Assembly: GCA_023205875.1 (NCBI GenBank)
Contig: CP060768.1
Coordinates: forward strand, 248,001-312,000
Length of the DNA stretch: 64,000 nucleotides
Direction of reading: 5' to 3'
Origin: Chloropicon primus
Taxonomy: Eukaryota
The position numbers and the translations under genes are program-made. The notes beneath the pieces were generated by a model. It saw only the letters and a list, made by a program, of their open reading frames with translations. It was not told the origin of the DNA and searched no databases. Shown here in pieces: positions 24,604-35,900 of this stretch (the first letter of the stretch is position 1; each line of letters begins with the position of its first letter).

Positions 24604-26421
24604 TCACCAGTTCTCGGCCCCGTCAATGATTTTGTCTTGCAGACCTTGCATTCCCTCCTTGGTCTTGCAGCTGCTGAACCTCTTCATCCGATCCATGCGA
24701 GCTGCAACCAAGGATTTCTTGTCCACCTTGACTGAGTTGCTCCTGACGATGGTCTTCCTCTGGAACCCACCCCTCTGCACGCCCTTGGAAGACCCCGGCC
24801 TCGGCGGCATCGGGGCGTCAAAACTGAGTGACTGGTAGTCCTCGACCGCCTGCCCGTCTTGGTACTGGTTGTATTGATCCATCATCGTGGCGCTGTAAGA
24901 CGACACCGTCTTCGTCTCCACCACGGTGGTGCTTCTGTTCACTTTCACGGGAACGTTCTCGTCACGAATCACGACGCTCTTGAGCTGCTTTATCCTCGGA
25001 GGCACCTTGGGCCTCACAACATTGTTGTCGTTGGTTTCCACCCCCGGCTTCTTGTTGTTGCCGTCCTCCAAATTTAGGCACTGGTAAGTCACCCGCTCGT
25101 CCTCCTCGGAGAAGGACCCAAAGGCATCATTGTTCGAGAGCTTCCACTTCTTGAGCTCCTCCAGCATATCCATCTCGGCGCTGCCTTCCCTGCTGTGCCC
25201 CTTGTGAGACAACCCAGAGCCACTGCTGGGCTCGGACTCCGTCATCATCTCGTCGTGAGGCCCGCTCCCTGCAGTCTCGGGGGCCTGTTGGGACTTCCTC
25301 TGCAGCAGCGCCTTGGCAGCATTCCCAGCGAGAGAGCAATCTCCCCCCCTGGTAAGGTTCGATCCGACGTCTTCGACGTGGTCGTCGTGCTGCCTGCCCG
25401 GCCCGCCCATCTTCTGCTTCTGCAGGATGGCCCTTGGTCCACCCATCGCCGTCGAGGGCCTTATCATGCTCCCCCTCCTGGAGCGGGGCGAGAACACCGA
25501 AGGGGCGTCGCCCTGCCTGAACCCCAGGGCGGACGACGGCCTCGCAGACAGCTTTCTCCTGTGGATGGGCAAGTTCTCGTTAAAGTTTCGGAACATGTCC
25601 TCCAGGGTAAGCGCGTCGTTGCCGTAGTAACAAAGCGGCGCTTCTTTTGGTTCCATCCTCGTGTATTTGATGCCGTCCGAGATCAGAGCAAGCTCAGCAG
25701 ATTCCAGGCGTTTGAGTTCCGCCTCCAGATCGTCCTTGATGGACGACGACACGCTTGAACCGGTGGATGAGTTCTCCCTGTCACAAGTGCTGCTAGCATC
25801 GGTCCCGCCTCCCTGGGAGCCGCGCCGTTGACCGTCCTCCTTCCCCGTCACGCGGTCCCCGTCATCGCTCGAGGTCTCTTCCCTTTCGTCGTCCTCGAGT
25901 ACAGGCGCTCGATCCCTCTCCGTCACAGGCAAGTCGTCCAACGACAGGAGCTGTGGTACGTGAGACACAACTTTTGCTCGATACCCAGCCTCGTTGGAGA
26001 CCGGGTTCCCTTCCAGTGTGAGCTGCACCAGGTCACGGCAGAAGCCGAGGTACCCAACAGAGTCCAAGTCCTCGATTCTGTTCGATTCCAGGTCTATCAC
26101 TTGGATGTTCTCCAAGTCAGCCAAAGGAGTGATGTCGCAAACGTCATTGAAGGACACGTAGAGCTCGGTCAAGTTTGGCAGCGCGGTCATTCCATGCAAG
26201 TCCTCCAAGCCACACCTGCTCAGCCACAGGACCTTCAAGTTTTTCCATCCCGTTCCAAGATCCCTTATCGAGTGAATCTTGCTCTCGTTAAGCTTCAAGC
26301 GTTGTATGTTCGGCAGCTTCTCGCCGGCTATCGTAAGGTTGTACTCCTCCGAGTCCACCTGCATCTCCAGCTGCTGCACTTCTCCCTCCCCTTTCTCCAT
26401 TGCTCCTGGCCCTCCGTCCAT
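24604..26421 (-). CDS. LRRC56: LRRC56/ODA8-like leucine-rich-repeat dynein assembly factor
   Basis: LEMQVD...LPNIQRLKLNES...IRDLGT..KNLKVLWLSRCGLEDL.G...LPNLTELYVSFN...LTLEGNPV follows the LRRC56 N-terminal LRR as I recall it. Long low-complexity tail. Start uncertain. Confidence 0.8.
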   Translation of the reverse strand: MDGGPGAMEKGEGEVQQLEMQVDSEEYNLTIAGEKLPNIQRLKLNESKIHSIRDLGTGWKNLKVLWLSRCGLEDLHGMTALPNLTELYVSFNDVCDITPLADLENIQVIDLESNRIEDLDSVGYLGFCRDLVQLTLEGNPVSNEAGYRAKVVSHVPQLLSLDDLPVTERDRAPVLEDDEREETSSDDGDRVTGKEDGQRRGSQGGGTDASSTCDRENSSTGSSVSSSIKDDLEAELKRLESAELALISDGIKYTRMEPKEAPLCYYGNDALTLEDMFRNFNENLPIHRRKLSARPSSALGFRQGDAPSVFSPRSRRGSMIRPSTAMGGPRAILQKQKMGGPGRQHDDHVEDVGSNLTRGGDCSLAGNAAKALLQRKSQQAPETAGSGPHDEMMTESEPSSGSGLSHKGHSREGSAEMDMLEELKKWKLSNNDAFGSFSEEDERVTYQCLNLEDGNNKKPGVETNDNNVVRPKVPPRIKQLKSVVIRDENVPVKVNRSTTVVETKTVSSYSATMMDQYNQYQDGQAVEDYQSLSFDAPMPPRPGSSKGVQRGGFQRKTIVRSNSVKVDKKSLVAARMDRMKRFSSCKTKEGMQGLQDKIIDGAENW

Positions 26422-26445
26422 GTCTCCTACCTCTGAAGAGCCTCC

Positions 26446-26448
<3 letters not shown>

Positions 26449-26505
<57 letters not shown>
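26449..26505. repeat. (CT)n microsatellite
   Basis: Uninterrupted tc dinucleotide run. Similar CT/GA/CA runs flank many genes in the window. Confidence 0.95.
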
Positions 26506-26510
<5 letters not shown>

Positions 26511-27337
26511 ACTTGGCCACTGCTTCCACTATCCTCCTACTTGGGGCATGCACAACATAATGGACACAAAAACTTTAGGATGTCCAAAATGGGAAGGGAG
26601 GCAAAGCTGGTCACAAAGATGAAGAGGGAGCAGATGCCAAATTTAAAGCAAGCTTTGGTTCTTGGATGAAGTGTGCCTCTGGCGGTCCAAAGATGCCACC
26701 TTTCGTCGACCTTGCCACGCCTCTCTCTCTCTCTCCCTCTCGTCAAACTTGGAGGGACTTTGGTTCATTTTTGGAGGCAACGGTCTGATAACTTTAGAAA
26801 GCGAAGGATCGGGGAGGAGGGAAGACCAGGGTGTGTGTGGGGGGGGGGGAAGCATGCCATCAAAGTTGCAGACGGAGTATCCTTCATCGCACTATCTGCA
26901 AAACCATCGGTAATGAATATACTGCGACGAGAGCTCTCTCGATAGAGTAGAGCGAGTTCTTGACAGATTTACTGTCATTGAAATGGACACCTTGACGAAG
27001 GACGAAGAGTATAGCAGTTAGAGACGAACGCCCTGATGAAACTCACGAGTGGTACAGTGGAAAGATTGTATCGATGCCCACCACAATTCCTTGTCACCAT
27101 CGTGTTCATCAGCAGCAGCATCGGAAGGAGAAGGGGAAGGAGGCAGGGTCTCTTGGGATGGATTTCGGAGGAGGAGGTTGGGCAATAACGAAGCACGGCT
27201 GGTGTGCCTCCGCCTCTGCCCACCACGACCGTCGTGACCAGCAGCATGCATCAAAGGAACTTTCGATAAGAAATAGTGTACCAAAGCTTTTACAAACTAA
27301 TCACATTTTTGCTTTATTCCCCCCCACCCCAAACCTC

Positions 27338-30043
27338 TCAAACGTTGGAAAACAACTCCGACTCGTGGTCGGGGTAAACGATCTTCTCCCTCTTCTCCTG
27401 AGGCAGGTAAGAGTCTGGGTACCTGAAGGCCTGGTTCTCGCGGAGCAGATCGTTGAACTCGCCTCCCATAATGTTTTTGTCAGTGTACAGCTGGGTCGAC
27501 AGGGACTCGAAGAGCCTCCAGTTCTTCGCCAGGCCTTGGTAAGCCTTCACCTCGGCAGCTTCCAGGAGGTCGGCGATGTCAGAGTTCACGAGGGACTGCG
27601 TCTTGCCCGAAACCTTTGATTCGGTGCTCCCTTCCTCCTCGGGCGGAAGTGTGAGCATTCTCACGTTCTTGCCGTACCCGTACTCGCAGACCATCTGCTT
27701 CGCCAATGCTCTGGCGTGCTCGACATCCGCGCTTCCCAAGACCGACACGTTCTTGTCCCCAAACGAAAGCTTTTCCGCGCAGTATCCCGCCATCAAAACC
27801 ACCAGCTCCGACTCGAGCAGCGCGCGGTCAATCACGTTGGTCTCCACGCTCTCCTCCTGGGGCACGAAATGGGCGAACGTTGATGAGAGGCCAGTGGGGT
27901 TGACGCTCACCCTTGCCAGGTCATGGTACTGGGGCAGAATGCACCCAACCATAGCCTTGGCAGTGGCGAAGATCGCCATCCTCTTTCTCAGCACGCTCGG
28001 GGGAGTCCCGCTGAGCTGCTTCGCGGAGAACGGGCTGGACTCCCCGAGCCTCTCGGCCTGGATCTCATCCAGTGCCTCAAAGACGTCGGCCTGGGAGATG
28101 ATCTCCCTTCCCTTCCTGATCGCGGTGAGGCCGCTCTGGTTCATGAGGTTCATGAGCTCGGCACCTGTGAACCCAGGGGTCGCTTTGGCGATGATGTTCA
28201 GATCAACGTTCGGCTCAAACTTCTTGTCCCTGCCGTGGACCTCAAGAATTTCGGTCCTGCCCTCCCTGTTTGGGAGAGGCATCTCCAGTACCCTGTCAAA
28301 CCGACCCGGCCGAAGGACGGCTTTGTCGAGCACGAAGGCCCTGTTCGTCGCCGCAAGTACGACCACGCCAGTGTTGTTCGTGAACCCATCCATTTCGGCC
28401 AAGAGCTGGTTGCACGTGTGCATCTCCTCCGACCCCGCTCCCCCCGTTCTCGCTTTCCCCAAGCCATCAAACTCGTCGATGAAGATCACGCACGGAGCTT
28501 TCTCCCTCGCAAGCTCAAAGAGATCCCTGATCTTGGCGGCACCCATGCCCACGTACTCGTCAACAAACTCAGCCCCCGAGCAATTGATCAGCGGCACGTT
28601 TGCCTCCGCGGCAACTGCCCTCGCCAGCAGGGTTTTTCCCGTTCCCGGCTGACCCACCAAGAGGACCCCGGCCGGTGTCCTGATTCCCATCTCGAGAAAC
28701 CTCTTTGGCTGCCTCAGGAACTCCACGACCTCCTGGACCTCGTCCTTGATGATGTCGATGCCGGCCACGTCCTTGAAGGTCGTCACGATCTCCTTGGGGT
28801 TCACGGTCTCAAAGGAGGACGTCTTGTCCTCCGCGAGGAGCCCGATCTTGGAAGACGAGTAGAACAGGGCGAGGCCCACCGCGGTTGGGATTCCTATCCT
28901 CATAATCCCAAGCAAAAAGTCCTCCACCACGCTGAGGTCCCTCGGCTCCTCGACGTAAACCCCGTGAGTTGTCAGGTGATCCAGGAGCTTTGGATCAGGA
29001 GGCAGGCCGACCATCTCGGTCCTTTGACCGCCCGGCGCGCTGGGCTTGGTCGTCACGAAGACGTTCCTCCTGTCGTACGAGAACCTCGCTTTCTGGACCT
29101 GGCTCTCCTCCACCAAGCACCAGAACTGGGAGTAAGTCATGTCCCTCAGCTTATCGGGCCTGAAGGCCGTCTGGACCAGAAGCTTGTCCTTGTACTTCTT
29201 CTGCAGCGCCTTCGCGTCAATCTTGCCGCCCTTCTGCATGTCGAGCTCCAAGGTCCCGGAAAGCTCCTCGCCCGTGATCTCGTCTCGCTTCACTTCGAGG
29301 AGGTACTGCCTGCCGTCCCTGTCTTCCGGCGGCAAGACCACCGAGACGTCCTTGTTTTGCATCCACTTTGTGTTCACACCCTCCCAAGGGTACGGGTCCT
29401 TTCTCCTGGAAGGATCTGACATGTCAGTGAGCTGCGCCAGGATGGCGTCGTCGTCCTCCCCTTTGTCGCTCGCCGCGGCATCGCCGCCACCTTTCGCTCC
29501 AGCCGGAGAAGCGTCGTTCTCCAGCTCTTGCCCAATCTGCCTCAGCTCGCTGAGGTCGGCCTCGTCGAGGTCAAAATCCTCGCCGTCGTCCAGATCGATG
29601 TCCGACAGGTCGCTGTCGTACCCGCCCCTCATCGCCACGTTGCGGACCTCCGTGACCGCCTCGGAGCGACTCGGCTGAGGAGCCACCCCCTTGGCCCCAG
29701 CCGCTCTCGACCCCACCGCCAGGGTGACCACGGAGAGCGCCAGGCCTCTCTTCAGCTGCCTGAGCCTCCTCGACGTTCCGGTGCGCGACTCCTCTGCATC
29801 GTGGCCCTTCTCTCCCGAGGAACCCTCCCCCTCCGCACTCCTCCTCCCCCCCTCCCTCACCTCTTCCCCGCTCCTTGGTACCGCCAACCGCCTCGCCGTC
29901 CAGGACCTCGTTGGCCCTGGCCTCTTCCCTTGTCCTCCTACGCGGCAAGTGGACCTCGGACGCGACGAGCGGCCACGGACCCGACACCCTCTCTGCTCCT
30001 CCACCGCCATACCTCGCACACCACCGCAACCCACCCTGTGCAT
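27338..30043 (-). CDS. Chloroplast FtsH-like AAA ATPase lacking the protease motif (FtsHi type)
   Basis: Transit peptide, transmembrane segment, TFKDVAG, Walker A GQPGTGKT, Walker B IFIDEFD, SRH AATNR..VLD.AVLRPGRFDR. The HExxH position reads AIFATAKAM. Confidence 0.88.
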   Translation of the reverse strand: MHRVGCGGVRGMAVEEQRGCRVRGRSSRPRSTCRVGGQGKRPGPTRSWTARRLAVPRSGEEVREGGRRSAEGEGSSGEKGHDAEESRTGTSRRLRQLKRGLALSVVTLAVGSRAAGAKGVAPQPSRSEAVTEVRNVAMRGGYDSDLSDIDLDDGEDFDLDEADLSELRQIGQELENDASPAGAKGGGDAAASDKGEDDDAILAQLTDMSDPSRRKDPYPWEGVNTKWMQNKDVSVVLPPEDRDGRQYLLEVKRDEITGEELSGTLELDMQKGGKIDAKALQKKYKDKLLVQTAFRPDKLRDMTYSQFWCLVEESQVQKARFSYDRRNVFVTTKPSAPGGQRTEMVGLPPDPKLLDHLTTHGVYVEEPRDLSVVEDFLLGIMRIGIPTAVGLALFYSSSKIGLLAEDKTSSFETVNPKEIVTTFKDVAGIDIIKDEVQEVVEFLRQPKRFLEMGIRTPAGVLLVGQPGTGKTLLARAVAAEANVPLINCSGAEFVDEYVGMGAAKIRDLFELAREKAPCVIFIDEFDGLGKARTGGAGSEEMHTCNQLLAEMDGFTNNTGVVVLAATNRAFVLDKAVLRPGRFDRVLEMPLPNREGRTEILEVHGRDKKFEPNVDLNIIAKATPGFTGAELMNLMNQSGLTAIRKGREIISQADVFEALDEIQAERLGESSPFSAKQLSGTPPSVLRKRMAIFATAKAMVGCILPQYHDLARVSVNPTGLSSTFAHFVPQEESVETNVIDRALLESELVVLMAGYCAEKLSFGDKNVSVLGSADVEHARALAKQMVCEYGYGKNVRMLTLPPEEEGSTESKVSGKTQSLVNSDIADLLEAAEVKAYQGLAKNWRLFESLSTQLYTDKNIMGGEFNDLLRENQAFRYPDSYLPQEKREKIVYPDHESELFSNV

Positions 30044-30695
30044 CACTCCTCACTACCCCTCTCTCTCTCTCCTCGAAGTCAATCCCGTCAATGCCTTCCT
30101 CCTGCCGCTCTGGTGCGCGTAACCCGTCAAGCGAGGTATCGACGGAAAGCTCGCGAGATGCTCCACACCTAGATCCCGCTCTCAAGTCCCTCACGTGCCG
30201 CCCTCGTTGCCTACTTTGCGTCCCAAACCTCGCCGTCCCTCCACCTTCGTCGAGAACGGAGAAAAACTTTTTTGGGTTTTGGATAACGAGGCGGCGAGGA
30301 GGATTCTCCTGGACCTTGGAAACTGGAGAGAAGGTGAGTTGGAGAGCGATGTGGAAGGCGGGGGAGGGGAGGAGAGCAATAGGAGGAGATCTTGATGAAA
30401 TCCTCATCTCTTGATCTTTCCAAAGAGCTCTTGCTTGAAAAGATTGACCAAGTGTGGAGGATTTGACGACGAGGATTGGATGATGTTTTGCTTGCTCTTG
30501 TTGTGGCACAGAACTCAGAGGAGGGACGATTGAGGCAAAGGGAGGGCACGGGAGAAAGCAGTGGGCCCAATCACTCGAAAGAACATCTCTCGATCTTTCT
30601 GGTGGTACCAGCACTGCTTGGGTTTGCCGAGAGAATTGGAGCGAGGAGTCGGAAACGTCACCAGGAGGAAGCTCAGTTTGGACTCGCAGCAAAAG

Positions 30696-31541
30696 ATGCT
30701 GAAGCGGTGCATCGCGGTGTTTGTGCCCGATGGCCTGGACAGCGGGGACCAGGGGGGGTACGAAGCGTTGGATCGAGTGAGTGGGAGGGGATGCAGCGGA
30801 CTCCTCGCTTGGAGGAGGGGAGAGTCCTTGTCCGTGCCTGGGGAAGTGGAGCAGCTGGCCCAAGTGCTGGGTTGTTCCACTTCGGCACAGCTGGATGGGT
30901 TCGAGTTGAGGCGCGAGTACCAGGGCGCCAAATGCCGCCTCATCACGAGCTCCGAGGCCGCACATGCCGCGTTGGGCTCTGCGTTCGACAGGAGCGAGCT
31001 GATCGATGCCACTTCAGCGACGTCGTCCTCGCGAGCGTGGTGCGAAGCGGTCGACAGGTCCCTGACCGAGTCCCTGAGCGACGGGCCTGACTTTGTGTTA
31101 GCGCATCTCGTGTTCGGAGGGGCGCAGGGGGGGGGGAAGCAGCGGGTCCTGAACGATTTGGTCCATCTGATCCTGAAGAACCACGTAGACGACTCAACCC
31201 TGCTCGTGGTTTTGGCGGGCGACGACGGGGAGACACGGATCGAGAACGGCTTTGGTCGCGCGAGGGGGGACGAGGACGACGCTGGAAAGGAAGGGCTCCC
31301 GCGGTTCTTGCCGAGGCAAAGCTTCCAGTATTCGGGGGGGGAGCTCATTGACGACTTGTGCGACAAAGCCCGAGTGCTCTGTGTCCACTACTCTCCCGTC
31401 AACCACGTCAGAAGAGATGCGGTGGAGACCTTCAGCGCCTCCGAGGCGCTCAGTCGAGGTGGCAACGGCGTCACGCTCGCCACGCACCTCCTCAAGGGGA
31501 TCATGTTCAGCGTTTCCCGGGCACCGAAGTATGGTGCGTGA
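30696..31541 (+). CDS. Uncharacterised protein; C-terminus resembles metalloenzyme/apgM-like folds
   Basis: Coding-like ORF ending PRQS...VRRDAVETFS..EA..RGGNG...APKYGA. The family assignment is tentative. Confidence 0.65.
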   Translation: MLKRCIAVFVPDGLDSGDQGGYEALDRVSGRGCSGLLAWRRGESLSVPGEVEQLAQVLGCSTSAQLDGFELRREYQGAKCRLITSSEAAHAALGSAFDRSELIDATSATSSSRAWCEAVDRSLTESLSDGPDFVLAHLVFGGAQGGGKQRVLNDLVHLILKNHVDDSTLLVVLAGDDGETRIENGFGRARGDEDDAGKEGLPRFLPRQSFQYSGGELIDDLCDKARVLCVHYSPVNHVRRDAVETFSASEALSRGGNGVTLATHLLKGIMFSVSRAPKYGA

Positions 31542-31604
31542 AAAAAGAAGAAAAGAACTTTATATGCGGCGTTATTTTTCTACGAAAATACTAGGAGAAC
31601 TCCT

Positions 31605-32345
31605 TTATACGTCGCCGCCAGACTGGATTCCTTCCACCATTCTGTGTATATCCTCCTTGCCCACGACGTAGCCTTCGCCCTTGTTCTCCAAAATTTCTCT
31701 CAACTTTGCCTTGAAGGAGTCCGCTAGCACCCGGTACTCGCTCGCAAACGCTTGCTGCTTGTCGAAAGGCATCTTCGTCAGCTCTGCCAATCCCTCCTCG
31801 TACACCTCGTCCTCCGCGGTGACCTGCCCGATGGTCACGACCTCGTCCTCGGCTCCGGCCTCTCCGGCGGCTGGGGGCTCGTAAGCATCGCCCTCCTTCC
31901 TCCACTCCAACAGCTGCTGCTCCGCCAGGTCCACTAAGAGGTGGCTCTGGAGGAACACCACAGTCCTCGTTTCTTCTTCGAACGTTCCGTACTTTTGGTA
32001 CTTGAGGCGCCATTTGGACGATCTCTCGAAACCCAGAGCCCCTGTGTCCTGCTTCAAGCGCTTGTTCGCCGAACCCTCTTCGTCCCTGCCGCACTCGACG
32101 CCCCTCCCTGTTTCCTCTGACACCAAAGTTCCCTTCCACCACACCCTGTCGAGGTCACCGGTGTTCCCTTCTCCGACGGAGACATCCCAAAGAACTTCAA
32201 CTTGGCTTCCAAGGCTCAATCCCAAATCCTTGACAGGATCCAAGTTCTCCCTTGCCGACCATTCTGCAACCTCCACATCCACGTTCTTCTCCTCCCCTTC
32301 CACACCACCACCACCTAAATTCCTCTCTCCAACTTCCTTCGCCAT
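31605..32345 (-). CDS. Hypothetical acidic protein (possible Tudor-like N-terminal fold)
   Basis: ORF with normal codon bias; LGSQVEVLW...VWWKGTL...WRLKY pattern. Confidence 0.7.
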   Translation of the reverse strand: MAKEVGERNLGGGGVEGEEKNVDVEVAEWSARENLDPVKDLGLSLGSQVEVLWDVSVGEGNTGDLDRVWWKGTLVSEETGRGVECGRDEEGSANKRLKQDTGALGFERSSKWRLKYQKYGTFEEETRTVVFLQSHLLVDLAEQQLLEWRKEGDAYEPPAAGEAGAEDEVVTIGQVTAEDEVYEEGLAELTKMPFDKQQAFASEYRVLADSFKAKLREILENKGEGYVVGKEDIHRMVEGIQSGGDV

Positions 32346-32983
32346 CGCCAACCTTCACACAACATGAACCATCACCATCATCACCGCCACCACCAGCAGC
32401 ACCAGCAGCACCAGCAGCAGAGAAGGAGGAAAGGGAAGCGTCAGTCTACGTCCAAGCCACGGATGGAGGACGAAGGGGAGCAACAGCAACACAACTCCAT
32501 CAACAGGTGAGGGGAAGAGATCCAACCTCATGCCCTGCCTCGTCTTCCTCATCGTTTGGTATCGATGGAAAGCCCTCGAGACGTAGATTTCCGTCGTGAA
32601 GACCTCCTCCTCCCTTCCGTCACGTACCTCGTCCTTAACCCTTCCACGAACTCGCTCCGCTCCGCTCTGCTCTGCTCTGCTCGCTTCGTCGTCTTCTGTT
32701 GGCGCCAAAACAAAATGAAGCCCAATTGGCGCGCCAAAGGAAGGCGCAGGTACGAGGTCGGCGACGACGAGGAGTAAACGGCGTGGCGTTGTCGGCAGAG
32801 GAGGTCGTGTGGAGGTGGAGGGATCGAAAGCACGTCTCGCGAGCTTTCCGTGGAATGCTCGGTTGAAAGGAATGGCGACGTGAGGAGGATTTGAGGACCA
32901 GGAGAAGGGAGGAACGAGCTCAGAGCAAGGGGGGACCAAGCTGAGGAGAAGTGGAGAGGTGAGGTGCATCCCTGTTGAGGGGC

Positions 32984-35900
32984 ATGGTGATGGTGGCGGA
33001 GAGTATTCGTCAGAGTGTGCTGGAGACTCTTGTGAGGCAGCACTGCGGCGAAACTCTCGAGGTGTTGTATTATGTGACTCCAGCTTGTTCGAGGGGGTCC
33101 GACCGAGGGGAGGAGGCCTGCGTGTGCAGGGTGACGGCAAGCAGAGGGGCGGGGACTTCGGGACGGGTGGATGCACCGACCACGGCGAACGTCATTCTGA
33201 GGCTTCACCGAGGGGCGTCATTGTCGGGTTCGTGTGGGACCAGTGCGGTGGAAGTCCAGGGCAGCGGGGGCGAGGCCAAGTTGGAGGGAGACAGCTTGGC
33301 GGGGGGAGAGAACGGGGAGAGCAGCACCAAGCTCTGGGATTTTTTGGAGGAGCTTCGGGTGGGCAATGCCGGTGGCGATCTTATCGAGCTGGACGACGAC
33401 GGCGGGTCCGGGAAAAGCACGTTTCGAGCGAGGGAGGTGGAGTACCTGCCGTTCACGGATGCCTCGATACGGGACGTGTTGAGGGGGTACGAGAAGGCAA
33501 CTTTCGAGAGCTTCAACCGTGGAGCGGGCCGAGGTGCTGCTCACGATGAAGAAAAGCCGTCTTACTACCTTCACCCGAACATCTTGACCCCCATGGCGTT
33601 CTTCTCGGCCGGGAGTTCTGTCCTCAGCATCTACCCCAGCGCCGGCAAGAATCTCTCGAGCGTCCTCAAGTACAGCACCAAGGGCTTCTTGAGCACGGCG
33701 ACCTTGAGCTTGGTGGTTTACCAGATTGCACAGCTCGTGAAATTCTGCCACAACTCTGGAGTGACCTTTGGAGACCTGTCCGCATCGAAATTATTCATGA
33801 ACGACGACGCCCTCATCTTCGCCCTGGTGGATTATCACAAGATAGTCAAGCCCGCGGGGGGAAAGGGCGACGTGGGAGTTGGCCAGGGCGGCCAGGGCGC
33901 CGCTTCGGACGAGGAAGCTACTGGCAGCTTCGACTCAACGGAGGTGGTTCAGTCCCTGTCGCAAGCTTTTGTGGCATGGAGAGAGGGTGCCCTGAGCAAC
34001 TTCGACTATCTTATGAAGCTGAATGCGGCGTGCGGGAGAGAGAGAGGAAATCTGGCTTTCTACCCCGTGCTCCCTTGGGTGATCACTATGGCGTCTGACC
34101 CCAGCAGCGAGGGGTCCTGCGAGACTGGGTTGGACAGGAACGATGATCGCGACGGCACGAGCAAAGGCCGCGGGGAGGGGGAAGAAGGAGGGAGTGGCGC
34201 CTGGCGAGATCTGTCGAAAACCAAGTGGAGGCTGGCGAAGGGCGATCTGCAGCTCGACATGACGTACATCTCGTCCGATCCTCCTCACCACGTTTCTGAC
34301 GAGGCCCTTTCAGAGCTTACGATTTGTGTCTACCTGGCTCGGCGGCTGCAGAAGAAAGTCCTGACGGACGTCGTCAGAGCAGTCTTTGAACCAAGAGAGT
34401 ACCCCAGTTCGATGGCAAGAATGTACAGCTGGACGCCGGACGAGGCGATTCCGGATTTCTATGACAACCCAGAGATATTCTCTTCCATCCACCGCGAGAT
34501 GGCTGACTTGCAGGTGCCGGGCTGGGCTTCGTCCCCCGAGGAATTTGTTCGCAAGCACAGAGCTGCGCTGGAGAGCCCAAGGGTCTCCGAGGTGCTTCAC
34601 CATTGGATCGACTTGAACTTTGGGTATGCCATGTACGGGGAAGCGGCCATCAGGAACAAGAACGTTCATCTGCCCCACAGGGACACGTGCTTTCCAAGAA
34701 ATAGGGGCAGGTACCAGATGTTCACGGAATCTCACCCTCCGCGGTTTCCGTCACCAAGAAAGGAGCTGGCGTTCAACCTTGTGATTAATCAGGAGAGGGT
34801 CCAGAGGTTCGTGGCAAGCCAATTCTCTTTCTGCAAGAAGCAGGGCTCTGAGCACCAGGAGAGTCGCTTGTCTGACATCTTCTTCCTGTGCCAGGCGGCC
34901 TTTGCCCTTTTCAGCACGAGAAAGAGGGACATCTTGCATGCGGATGCCGGGTATTGCTGTGGCGGGAAGAAGGACATCGGCGTCTCTGAGGTCACCGAGC
35001 ATCTGTTTCCACACTCTCTGCAGAAATATGTCTCCGGGCTGCTGTCTACCTCCGCGGCATTCGCCATGGACCAGGTCATCCTTTGTCCTAGCTTTGAGTC
35101 TCACACCAAAGACGTGTATGATTTGATGACTTACGTCAACGATCCATCGATTGACCTGCACTCGAAGTTGAAGCTCACCCAGAAGGCTCTCAGGCGGGTC
35201 CAGTTTGCCGGGTCCGTGGACAGGGGGGTGTATGTCATTATTTTCAGAGTCGTGCTGAACATGCTGCACTTGCCGGACGGGGGGTTCGCGTTGGAACCCA
35301 GCGAGAAGGAGAGGCCCAGTGAAGAGATGGGAAGGGACCTTATGACGATTCTGGAAGTGCTCCTCAGAGAACTGCCCAAAGCGACCTCAAGCGGATTCCT
35401 CATTCCTTTTGTGGTGAACGCGTTCCAGGGCGCGGCGCCAACCCACAACTTGTCTGGGAAGAGGCACCTGGGACTGAATCTTTCCGAGCTGCTGCTGAAG
35501 CCCTCGTTCATACGCAGACTGCTTCACGTGCTGGGGGCAAACACGTTCTTCAAGTCGATTTTCCCAAAGATTTTGGAATTTGTGACGCAAAAGATGGAGA
35601 CCAGGTCAGTCCAGCTCGTGTCCGACGTTCTGATCAGCTTGGTGGACTACGTGCCGCTGCCGGTCACCGTGAAGCAAGTGCTAGATCCAATCCTGAACTT
35701 GCTTTACTATGACGCGTGTTTCATGCAGTTGGCTCTGAACGTGTCAAAGCATTTGGGAGGGAGCTTCATTCGCTTTCAGCTGTATCCCAGGCTCGTGGAG
35801 ATCGTCAAGAAGGTCGTTCTTGCCACAGGAAAAAGCCAGAGGGCACGGCGGCAAAGGATGTTCAGACCCACCACGCAGATTTCGGAGCACCTCTCTTACA

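Noticed and set aside
27030..27070. CTGATGA...GAAA resembling a hammerhead ribozyme core
   Set aside because: No convincing stem II closes onto GAAA, and stems I and III cannot be formed.
26520..27300. Short ORFs between LRRC56 and FtsHi
   Set aside because: Fragmentary, stop-interrupted and without recognisable motifs. An upstream LRRC56 exon cannot be excluded but is unsupported.
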